Assembly (NCBI RefSeq): GCF_009914755.1
Contig: NC_060926.1
Length of the DNA: 64,000 nt
From: the human T2T-CHM13v2.0 reference genome, Homo sapiens
Direction: 5' to 3' (one strand)
Shown: piece after piece, positions 1 to 12,930 of the stretch
Layout of the letters: every line of letters starts with the position of its first letter
Position numbering within the stretch: the stretch's first letter is position 1
Made by a program: the position numbers and the translations under genes
The notes under the pieces: model-generated
The model's database searches: none
Told to the model about the DNA's origin: nothing
The model's input: only the letters and a program-made list of their open reading frames with translations

Positions 1-2296
1 GGCATACAACAGTGTGGAAGGCCTGAATAAAGCTTTCCCCACCTGTAGTTCTCATGCATTATTTATTTCTGATACCTCCGCTGTTTCTCCTCTTACAGCT
101 GCACTCAGTCTGGAAGAGTAAAGGCTACACAGGAAATCCTCAGCTCCTGGCCTAGTGCACTTAGAGAATATTGCCTGCCAATTTGGTAACTACGATAACT
201 GCAGCAATATTCTTGGGTAGCTTGTTTTCAGGACATCTTTAATGAGAGAAGAGGATTTGAGGAGGCTATTAGCCTTGGCTGTACTAAGTTTAGAGTGCTG
301 TCAGTGATCTACTGCATGGATGCCCCCTGCTGATTTCTTCCTTGATTAGTCTTTTCTAATGTTCTTGCCTGGATGCATCTGTGCTGCAATAAGAGAATTA
401 AAATTCATAATCTCTGCTTGGGATCCTGAGGCTGCACTCTGTTCTGGAGCCCAGACGTCTTTTGTTTCCTAGCTTTGCCACTGAAAACAGATTTCCTGGC
501 ACGTTGGCTGATAGTTGGATGAGCAGCATTGAACATGAGAAAGAAAATGCTGGGAATGGAGGATGGTCAGTTACAGTCTGTCTGACTCAGAAAAGGGCAT
601 TCCAGCTGCTGGAATTACATTAGAAAGGGCTGTCATCAGTGAATACCCATACTGAATCAAGAAAATCAAGAAACCGGGTAAAGTAAGGGATAGGTCATTT
701 TAAGCAAAAAGACGATTAAATAAAATCCTAAAGTAATATTACCCATGATTCCCTGCCACTGTCCTCAGGAAATCAGCTGGTGCTTACCTTCCCCTCCATT
801 CATTTCTTTTTACAACTGTATGAAAAAGTCTGACATGGGGCTGAAGAGTGAGTTTTTACCAAGTAAAACTATAAGAAGTGAGCAGCTGTGCAGGTAACAT
901 GAGCTTTGCCATGTGTAGTAGGCCCTGTTCTAGAAAAAGGAGAAAGAATTGTGGGAGGTGAACAAGAGGCATCTGGGTGACAAAACGGTGTATGCTAGCA
1001 GTGGCCTGAGAGGCAGCCAGCATTCAGAAACAGAGAGTACACATAGATCTAGGCAAACTAGGCCCTTCCAAAGCAACTGAGATTCCCAAACCTAGAGGAG
1101 CTGGCCTGTTAGGTTATCAATGCACCTTAGACACTGGGGGAGTAAGATAGGGACACAGCCCTCCTATGGGGAAGGAATGGATAGAGTTGGACTTTAGTAT
1201 CTAGACCATAAGATGATCCTTAAGGGTAAATACCATGTATCATGCAAAGTAGGTCTAAATTAATATTTGTTGAATAAGTAAATGAACATGGAAAATTATT
1301 TCTTGCTGCTAAGAATAGATTTCAGATATAGGCTGTTAGCAAAGGCAATTTAATGCTGATTTGTTGGTAAGTTGACTTAGATATGTTGGTGAGTTGACAA
1401 TCCTCTCTCCACTTCTTTCCCAATAGGGGCAGTTTTAGTCATGTAGGGGTGATGCTGAACCTGGTCTGTGTAGAAGAAGCTTACTCTAGAATCTGATCCA
1501 GTGACACTAGTTAGATGCAAGAAAAACATAGGAGCAGAAAACATGAATGCCCTTGTATGCTTAGGCATGCTGCTGCCTGACTTTCAAGAAGGGAATACCT
1601 TGGAGTTTGTGAACTCAGTGAATTTATACCCTTCCTTTATTTTTCTCCAGAGGATTTAAGGAAGCTATCCAAAGTGTATACAACATAACCCCACATGATA
1701 AAAACAGGTAGCAGTCTTGGGCATGACAGCCAGTATGAAAGACTGGCCCACTTTTATAATCTCCCATGTGGGAACAGTGCTTTTACTGAACATGATTGCC
1801 TTTGTGATGTTTGCCTTGCAAGGTCGATGAATCTTGCTTTACAAACCTGGTTTGAGTCACATTTAATCATATTTATTTTTCCTACAAACACAAACTCCGA
1901 AGTTTAGTCTTAAGTATCATCTAAGTAATCTGGATTTTGAAACCCTGGTTCTATTATATAAGCAGTGATGAATGGAAAGAGTGATATTACACTTCCTTTT
2001 TGCAATCTTTCCAAGCTGCAAATAAAATAAATTTGCACCTGAAATATTTATTTAGAAAAAAGTCAAATTCTAGGTTTTGGATGCTTTTTTTCTTGAAATA
2101 ATAAGAATTTTTCCCTAAAATCTTTTCTTAATCACAATATTTCTGTTGTATGAAGTATTTATGGAGCAAATCAAATCACTCAGTGGTCACTAAATATGTT
2201 GTGTTTGTCTGTGTGTAAATGTGTGGTGTGTGTCTTCTATGTGCCCTTTAACATGTGAGTGTTCAGAGTCCTGTCATAAGATGGATTTGTGGTAAG

Positions 2297-2465
2297 GCAA
2301 TGTTTCTTAAAGTATGACCTTCTTACCACCTGTGACAGAATCACCTGGGTGCTGGTTAAAATGTGACTATTTTGGCCACTTGTTCTCAATCGTAATTTTT
2401 TGAGGCTAAAATCTGGGAATCTATATTTTATATAAGTGCCCCTCCAGTGATTCTGATACAGAGGT
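2297..2465. mobile_element. MER5-like hAT DNA transposon fragment
   Basis: Contains caatgtttcttaaagt, agaatcacctgggtgctggttaaaatg and ctccagtgattctgat, which resemble MER5A/B. Confidence 0.55.
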
Positions 2466-2667
2466 ATATAAGAATGAATAATTATTTTTTTGATAACATG
2501 ATTAATACCAAGTGAATAGGAAGTAAGAAGGGAAAGGTCATACTGTTTAAGATATTGGAGAAAAACTTTACAGAGAATGCAGAATCTGAAATTTTCTAGG
2601 TGCTAAGGCAGGAAGCAGACATTTTATGCATAAGGAATGGCTCAACAAAAGGTGGAGTTTAAAAGAT

Positions 2668-3248
<581 letters not shown>

Positions 3249-5622
3249 AAGATCATAAATAGATCTGCCTCATTAAAGTGAAAGATTTGTTTCGCCTAGG
3301 GTAGTAGAAGGAGATATTTGTATGGGTAAGATGAATCAAGCTGTAATGAGGGGCTTCTGAGAGATAAATTTACTGGAATTGAGCTCAAGGGGAAAGCCAC
3401 TGAAGGTAACATGTAATATTAGGCCCACATGAATTATTTTTCTGTCACCTGACAAAGACAGAAATGGGCATGATCTCTAGAATTTTGGAACAGAAAAATG
3501 AACCCACGTGATTATAGGAGGAAAACCATTTGGGAAAAATGTATTTGGTTTTATACTATTTGTTTAGCACAAGAGATATGGATAGAAATTAGTCTGTCCA
3601 GACACCATCTTTACAATACAAAGTCACCTTTCTTTATCTTAGTCTCATGTTGTGATTTCAACATAAAGCTCATTTTTACAAATATCTAAGTCAGAGTCAC
3701 TGTGTGTATGTGTTCCATTTATTTGTATATGTTACATAAGGTCTTTTTCACCTTTCTTTTATTTCCGTCTCTGTAGCCAGTCTAGTGTAAGAATTGAGAA
3801 TGGGTCCTTAGTAAATCACAATTTCTTCTTTTTCATCTCATTTGATGTACATACTAACCCTGTGAGACAAATCAACAGGCTTCATTAGGGCATTTTAGCT
3901 GTGAAAACCAAGTGGGGGGAAGTTAAGTCCTGTGGTGTGCTCAGTGTCATGCCTGGCTCCATGAAGCAGGTCGAGCCAGGTTTCTGGATCCCCAAGCCAG
4001 TGCTTCTTCTCTTTATACACTGTGGCTTCTTTGAATGGACTTGCTGATTTCTCCGACCTCATCCTCATCCCAGAGAGAATCTTGTACAAACCCATCTCGC
4101 TGCATTGCAATTCTTCGTTGACTTTTTTGTCTATGTGCTGTACTTGATTCGGAGTGCGCTTTTTGAGGCCTGGGGTTATGTCTCTTTCCTCTGTATCTCC
4201 CCAGTCATGGCACGTAGTAAATAGTTATGTTGTAATATTAAATGAAAGAGTGTGTATAATTTTGTGGTTAAAACTAAAAATAGTCAAAAAGACATAATAC
4301 TGGACGATGAGAACCCAGGGGGCATCAGTTGTTATTTTTCTCTCTCTTGTATTCTCAATTCCTGGCACAGTACAGCACAGAGTAAGTGCTTAATCAGTAT
4401 TTATTGCATGAAGAAATAGAGGAAGATGAGCAAGGACTGTCACAGGTAGAAAAGAACTTGATTTGAACCCTGAACCTGGTAGAATAAGTAGGCATTTCCT
4501 AAAGGGCACCAAGCAGGAAAGGGATTCTAAGGATAGTAATTGCTGTGAGTGGAAGACTTGGGAGAATGAATGAGGAATTGGTCCTTATGAGAACTAAATA
4601 ATTATTATTTTTTCTCTCTGAATGGTTGCTGTGTGTATAGTGCAGATGAGAAACTACCAGATACTTTTTTTTAAATTGAGAGTAGAAAATTACCATATCC
4701 TTAAAGGTTTTGAAATGTCCTTGGTGAATGCAAGGATCAATTTTTTGACAAGTGTAAGGGGTGCTTTAGACTGTTATGTTCTGGCATCGTTAATGGACAA
4801 GCAATATGTTGGTTGATGTGAGTGTCTCCTAATGGAGATTGGTTAGGAGCTAACGGTCTGCATGAGCATTTTGGGAAACTGACACTAAAAGCTGATGAAG
4901 TTCGTCATCTCAGGTAAAGCCAGAAGGATCTGTGAAAGAGATAAGGATTGGAACAAAATGATGGAAGAGTGGATGTTGGATCTCTATGTCCTAGTGATTT
5001 TCATCAAATGAAAGTAGTTACATAAGTTATTTCAGTTAGGTGGCAACTGTGATTGTTCCTTGCATTTCTATGAATGAGGCTGTTGTAAGTGCATTCTTAT
5101 TAGGAAATATGGCATGTTAACTAAAATCCAAAGCCATTTCATGACTAATGCCACTTACCATAAAGCTGACCTTTGACTGTGTAGTTTTAATTGGATATAG
5201 CACCTGTTATTTGGGCTTTCTTGACTTAATGGAGAATTCATAGAACTGGCATTTCAAACAAATAATGTTTCTGAAACGCTCTCATACTGAAAAATGGCAC
5301 TGAAAATGTATTCTGAGTAGAATTTTAAATCTGAGGAATATGATATGCATAAAAATTTGACTTTTGTGCAGTGGCATCAAAAATTTTCTCTAGGACTGGT
5401 GTATTTATGTGAGAGTTCACCGGGCCAAGTAGACTTAATTATGAGACTAAGTGACTTTATTTGCATCTGTGCTGGTGGCAGAATAGGAAATTCTAATTGT
5501 GAGAAGAACTGTGGGACGGGACCACCCACAGTAACATTGTGATGAAAGTAAAACTGAGAAATATTGAAATAGTAAATGTACAAAAAATAGGGTTCACCTA
5601 CTGCTCACTCTCTAAACTTTTA

Positions 5623-6148
<526 letters not shown>

Positions 6149-6204
6149 TTATACTACTGGTACATGATCATTTTAAGGAATGGAGATGAATACATATGTT
6201 TACT

Positions 6205-6430
6205 AGTAATGGCTAGTGTTTACTGAACAGTTAGTTTAGCAAATACAGAATAAACTTATTTGATCTTCCAACAAGCATGTGAGGTAAGTATTATTTATTA
6301 TCCCCATTTTACTGATGAGTACAATGAAGCACAGAGAGGTTAAGTAACCTGCCCCAGGTCAAACAGCTAGTAAGACATAAAGTGGAGATTTGAACTTGGG
6401 CAGTCTTTGGTTCCTGTGCTGTTAAACGCT
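6205..6430 (-). mobile_element. MIR SINE
   Basis: MIR core: ccccattttactgatgag...gcacagagaggttaagtaacctgccccaggtc. Confidence 0.85.
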
Positions 6431-7097
6431 GTAATCCCTCTGTGTTTATAGAATTGGAAGTTGGAAGAGTACTCTGTAGTATGCAACGTCTACTGCCAGA
6501 GTTATTCAGAAGGCAAGGGCACAGCCCATAGATAATAATGTTTTCAAGAGATTCTATAATTTGTATATTTGCCTCACAGGCAGCAGGATTAGGTTTCAAC
6601 AATGACACAAGTTTCATTACAGGCAGAATCCAGCAAATTGTATCTCAGCATTCACTGATTAAAGTCATGGTCTTGGGTTTAATTGATTGGCTGGTTTATA
6701 TGCTTAAAATTCAATATTGATATTTACAAGTGGACACATTGGCTTTGATTAATTGCCGAATTTATTTCAGTACAGCTTACTTCTGATTGTGTAATCAGCA
6801 TTGCTGATTTAATAATCAAGTTCTCCTGCTTCCCAGATAATGACATTAGGTACCCAAAGTGACAATGTGAAGATTGACACATTTCTTTTTAATTGAACTA
6901 TAAATTCACTCCAAGAAGTGATTCTCTTGTCTCTTGCTCTCTTCCTTCTTTCATTGCCTTGACAAACATCATATTAAGTCTTGCTAAGTGCCAGAACTAT
7001 GCTAAGTGTAATGGCTACAGTGATGAATATAACAGGAAGGCTGTGCCTGTCTCTCCTTTTACTGTAAGTTTTGCGAAACTTCCAGTGTATGAGATCC

Positions 7098-7386
<289 letters not shown>

Positions 7387-8539
7387 CAGATCTTTTTAAA
7401 CAACAGTTATTTTTGAGTTGGCTTGAAAATGCTTGATAGAAATATTCAAATTTTAACTCACATTATATAACTACTTATACAACCTTACATCCAAATGTCA
7501 GAAAAAAATGGGTTTCTCAATTAATGACATTTGGATGTATGGTTGTATAAGCAGTTATGTCATATGAGTATAAATTATAAATGCTTTATTACTGTATACA
7601 GTAGCCTCATGCAATTAACGACCCATACTATTTGCAACTGGAGATCTTCTAGGTATACTAAAATTTCAAGTAATTTTTCTATCACTTGGCTGGGCAATAG
7701 CTGTTTGTTGAACCCCTACTATGTGCCAGACCTAAGCTAGATGTTGAGTTACAGCAGTGAGAAAGATGCAGTGCCTTATCCTGTCAGACGAGACAATCTA
7801 GTAGGATACTGCCAGACTTGATGAGGTTATTGTCTGATATGAGTTAATTTTTTTTTTCTAGCTGTTACCATGTTAGGAAGACATTTTTTCTAGTTCAGGA
7901 AATTTTAGCCCATTTTGGAATGATTGATTGAAAATTTAGTATAGTGGTTTTGCTTCATCCAAAATTTATGTGACCCTCTACTAATTTTAGATAGAGAGAG
8001 GATTAAGCATTTTATAAAAATTCAGGAACTACAGCCCAAATCAGAAAAATCTAGGGGATTATCTTTATAATTTAGTTCCTATGCTTTGAATAGAAACAAG
8101 CCTTTATATAGAAATTGTTTCTTATAAATAAACTGCTTTCAAACTCATTTGTCATTTTATTGCACGATACAGTCTTATCAGTTAGGGGGATTATCTACTT
8201 TTAAGTATGCAAAGCAAGAAAAAAATGATAGATAAAGTTTGTCATGATGAAATATATTAATTCTAGAGTGCAGAAATTATCATATATGCTTTTTTTAAAA
8301 AAAAACTGTGTTCAAGTCCCAGTACAATCAGGTCGTTGTAATCAGGCTCCTTGCAGTCTCCCTACATTGGCAGGAGTAACACTAGTGCCTAACCCAGTGA
8401 TAGGAGGTAGTGTAGAAATTTAATGAACTAATAAGTTTGTGTTGAGTAAATGGTTCTTTTTTGCATATTGAGTGACACTGACACATGAAAACGGGGTTTG
8501 CTCTTCTTTATTGATGTCATAATTAGCATATCATTAATT

Positions 8540-8720
8540 GAATGTTTATTTTGTGGCAGTTATTTAATTTGGTTATTTCTTATCCTTATAGTAATTCCAC
8601 AAAGTATTCTTATCTTTATTTTACAGGTGAGGAAACTGAGGCTCAGGGAGATTAAAGACTGCCCAAAGTAATGTACCTGAAAATTGAAAACACCAGGATT
8701 AAAACGCATGTCTCCATGGC
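8540..8720 (-). mobile_element. MIR SINE
   Basis: attttacaggtgaggaaactgaggctcagggagattaa core. Confidence 0.8.
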
Positions 8721-9419
8721 TTTAAAATTCGTGTCTTTTTCTCATGCTATGTCATTTTACTTAGCAAGGCAAGATGGTGGGTATGGACAAGTGGATGTAA
8801 CTCATAGATAGGACTGAGTGCTTCGAGCAGTGTCTTTTGCCATTTAAAGTGAGCTAGGCTATGCATGAGAATGCAGAAAAGAAAAGCCTTTCTGAACACA
8901 GCTATGATGACATATTTTCAACAGTAAACACTTAAGTGTCTTTAGGAAGTGTGTTTTACATGTGTCACTCTAATTCTGAAGTTTACCCCAATAGCTTCCT
9001 ATTTCTACTCTCATAGCATGAGTCGACCTTTAAGGAGAATATCTGGAGACTTGGTGGTTTGACAGTACCAAATCATTTCAGGCAACTCTTGACACTTCCT
9101 CAAACTAGTTGTGAGAAGCCAGTATAGTTCACCATTTTCAGACATTTTGTCAAACAAGACATTTCATATTTATCAAAATATTTCTGTTCTGAAACCCAAT
9201 CTTTGAGCTGTCTGTCCCTCTATAGAGACAACTCCTCCCTTCCTCCCACTCAAACTATCTGGGACTAAAATGGAAGACAGTGTTGGGGGAACGTTCATCA
9301 ACAAATTTATCCAAGAGGTCTGGACCCATTCAGTGTACATTTGAGGGAGTGGGTTTTATTTCGGAAGCTGCTGAACTTAGAAGATCAACTTAATGTTGGA
9401 GGTGGCAAGATGAGCTTTC

Positions 9420-9580
9420 TTTTGGATTCAGAAAAGCTGAAGTTCAAAATCTGGCTCTGTTGCCTTCTAGGTAGGCAGACATGGAAAACAACAACAACAA
9501 CAACAACACAATTTCTATGAACTTTGGTTTTCCTCAACTGAAAAATAGGACCTAATAATACCTACCTTGAATATTTGTTG
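9420..9580 (+). mobile_element. MIR SINE containing a (CAA)n microsatellite (about 9488-9508)
   Basis: gttcaaaatctggctctg...ttttcctcaactgaaaaatagg...aataatacctacc. Confidence 0.65.
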
Positions 9581-12416
9581 GAAGGTTCTGTTTCTACTTG
9601 ATACTGACATTCCCTGAAATTTAAGAGGAAACTTCATCCCAAATGGCATTTGTTTATGAGGAGGAAGAAAGAGAACTCATATGTATTGAAAGTCCACCTG
9701 GCCCGACTTGTTTGGCAAATCTGCTGCATACACTTTCTCATTGACCGCTGCGCTGTAGTAGAGACAGTGTGACTGGCTTTGGAGTCACATAGACTTAGGA
9801 TTGAATCCTGGCCGTGTAAATTCCAGGCTGTTGGATGAAGAGAAGAGAAGGTGGTGACAGTTGCACCTTTTGTCAAGAGTGAGCTGGGAAAAGTGAGGGG
9901 CAGCTCTTCTAGAAGCCAGAACTCTGTTTTGGAGGAAGGGAGATCTGTGGGTTCCTCAGCTTTCAAAATTCTCCAACTGGGACTTGGGATTGTGCTCTCT
10001 ATAGAAATAATAGGAAAGTACCATTATTAATACGATAGTTCTGCTGTACTGAGAGTTAAATATGATATGGGAACATGGGCATTATTTCTATGTAAAAGAA
10101 TTAAACTTTTTATAAGAAGGATAGCCATCTATAGAGTAAAATTTCAGAGTTGTATTTCTTGTTCAAGGAGAAAATAATCAATTTATGATATGAGACCTTT
10201 CTGTGATGGTTCAAATTAGATTTCTTGACATCAGACCTAGCTCTTAAATCTAATAAGCAGCTACACAGATCGTAGCAGTTTTGCAGATGTGTTTTATGGA
10301 CTTCAGCTTGCAGCACATTAAACGACACTGCCAGCTTAATTATAATAAAAGCTTCACAGACCCTAGTTGGCATTACAGACTAGGTTTCTAAAATATTTTA
10401 TGGTATAGTGATAGTTTATTTAATGTCACAATGTAAGATATTGCTCAGAAAATAATGGTGATCCTAAGTGAGATGTGACAAGATTGTGTATAGTGTTTGG
10501 TGAACAGTAAAAGTGATTTTACAAATAAAGTTTGGGGCAGTTGGATGAACTAGGACAGATAAGTAAACTGGGGAAGAGGAATCTCCTTGGTAATGGTTCA
10601 TCTTTGGACAGTCACATTTAGAAAACAGTTTTAGGAAGGTTTTTGAACAAATTAAAGAAGCTACTGTGTATCCCAATGTAAAAGGTTGTCATTGACTTTG
10701 ACTATTGTGCTGAGGACCTAAAAGGATGCGTGCTGAACATTTGAATGCTTCTGAGAATGCTCTGGGGTTTTGGCAGCGGGGTTTGAGGCTGGCTGCATCA
10801 CAGCATGGTTGGCTGAATGTCAGCTTCATGTACAGACTTTTTATGGCTGCATCTTAAGTGATTATAATATAATGTGCACTTTGCCCGAGAGAGAAAAATA
10901 TTATTTTTCCTTGTCCTTCAGTTCTTTGCCCTTTATATATTTGCACAAGGCCCTGGAGGAGTCACACTATTCACACCATCACCTTTTACCTGTTTGTTTC
11001 ATATGAGATGTGAGGAACTAAAGACCTAAATAAATTACTTTCTCCAGGTCTCGTCCAACTTGTGACAGGAGTAGAGCCATTTTCTGTCTCCATTTTTAAC
11101 CACTGTTTAACCTACACTTAGAGTTTACAGTGAGACAGGGACATACCTCGGGTAAAATGTCATGACCGTGTTGACTGATGCAACTGATTGCTGAGTGGAT
11201 GCTGGCTTATTTTGACAAGGAAGAAGTCTAGGTAGGAGAGCTGTACCCTAATACAGGACACAGTTTTTGACTGACAGGACCAGCTTAGGATACTGAGGAG
11301 GTTAGCTCATATTCTTGCAGGAATTTAGTTTTCTGGTACTCAGTCCTGTCAATTGCAGCTACCAGAAGCAACGAGAAATCCCAGTGTTTATCTTGGATGT
11401 GAAAGACATCTCAAAATAATTCTTTTTAGACAAAATGGCTTTCCTTTATTCCAACTTATAACGTGGCCTAAGCAAGTTTGGACCACAGTGATGATTATAT
11501 ATTAGGAACCAAGTCAGTCCAGACCAGACCAGTCAAGCAAATGACAACAAAAAATTTGATCTACTTCAGCATTTGAGAATGCCCATTTAAAGATGTGCCC
11601 CACAGATGACAAAAGAAAAATGGGATTTCTGTTATCAGAGCTGTTCCCCTGACATCTAACTATAAGGTCTACAGAACTGTGTATTGCTAAGAAAAAAAAG
11701 CACCCAGAATTTTTCCAGGATGCTAGATGGAAGCAAGGTTATATGGACAACTGCACGTGCTTTTCAGAAAGTGAGGATTAGTTCCATCTATTTTCCACTT
11801 CAGTTTGGTAGATGTGAATTGACAGAAACCATGAAGACTGGCTAAAGTCCTGTTTTTCCCAGAGCTTGAGCCATTTGTCTCTCTTGAATTCAGATCGTCA
11901 AGGAACTCTTAGTCCTTGCAATGCTGGTGACTTTTGGGGAGAAAATATATAACGGGACTTTTGATATTCACATTTCCCCTAAGTTCAACGACAGTGTCCT
12001 TAGACCTTTCCATGGATATATTATTTCTACATGCTGGTGTTTTGACTTATGACATAAGCTAGAAATAATGATTTTGATTCCTATTTTGTTCCAGTTTTAA
12101 AAATTCTTTAGAATTCTTGGTTCCCTGGTGATAAGGCTGACAGAGAGGGAAATACACACACTTTCATGTCTCAAATTCTATAGTCAATTATTTGGAGCAG
12201 CCTTCCTCTTCCACTGCTTCCTATTTCACTCCTGCCCTCATTAACATTGCATAATTCATGACATTCCTCAGGTCTCAATGCCTCAACCTGTTTATTTGAC
12301 AGTTTCCATCAATGCTCAAACATAGGATTTTGGCTTTTGCTGTTTTTTAGCTATTCTGGTGAGAGTTGTTTTGAGACTGCTTTTAAAAGCTTAAGCTAAT
12401 GATCTGTTCATCGTTG

Positions 12417-12567
12417 TTTTTTTTTTTAATTTTATTATTATTATACTTTAAGTTTTAGGGTACATGTGCACAATGTGCAGGTTTGTTACATATGTATACA
12501 TGTGCCATGTTGGTGTGCTGCACCCATTAACTCATCATTTAGCATTAGGTATATCTCCTAATGCTAT
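12417..12567 (-). mobile_element. L1PA4-like 3'-terminal fragment (about 150 bp)
   Basis: T-tail, then ttatactttaagttttagggtacatgtgcac...catgttggtgtgctgcacccattaactc...atctcctaatgctat. Confidence 0.92.
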
Positions 12568-12589
12568 ATGACTTTGCAGTGGAGAGAAA

Positions 12590-12780
12590 GTAACTAACAT
12601 TTGTTGAGAATCTAACCGCATGTTCAGGCACTGTGCTAAGAGCTTTCCTATGAGTTTAATTTATCTTTATAATAATTCTCCCAAATGTAGCAATATAATT
12701 TCCCTTTTGCAGATGTAAAACCTGCTCTAAAGGCTGTGTAACTTGCTCAAGGTCTCACCATCGGTGCAGGGATTCAGGGT
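12590..12780 (-). mobile_element. MIR SINE
   Basis: aacatttgttgag...aggcactgtgctaagagc...ttttgcagatgtaaaac...taacttgctcaaggtc. Confidence 0.75.
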
Positions 12781-12809
12781 TTCATAGCGCTCTATTTCTG
12801 CTCCTCAAA

Positions 12810-12930
12810 GGGTTGTCCATGGAAAAGCAGCAGCAGGAGTTACATCCCAGCACAAACCTCCTGAACCAGCATCACATTTTAACAAGATCCACAGGTGATT
12901 TGAGTGCATATTAAAGTTTGAGAAGCCCAG
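12810..12930. mobile_element. MER5A-like fragment
   Basis: cattttaacaagatccacaggtgatttgagtgcatattaaagtttgagaagc is a typical MER5A terminus. Confidence 0.65.

Noticed and set aside
99-185. 87-nt candidate exon (tttctcctcttacAG ... TTG|GTAACT), open in one frame
   Set aside because: Mediocre donor and no recognisable peptide. Joining it to the 1651 candidate creates TGA, and its phase does not fit the 43838 exon.
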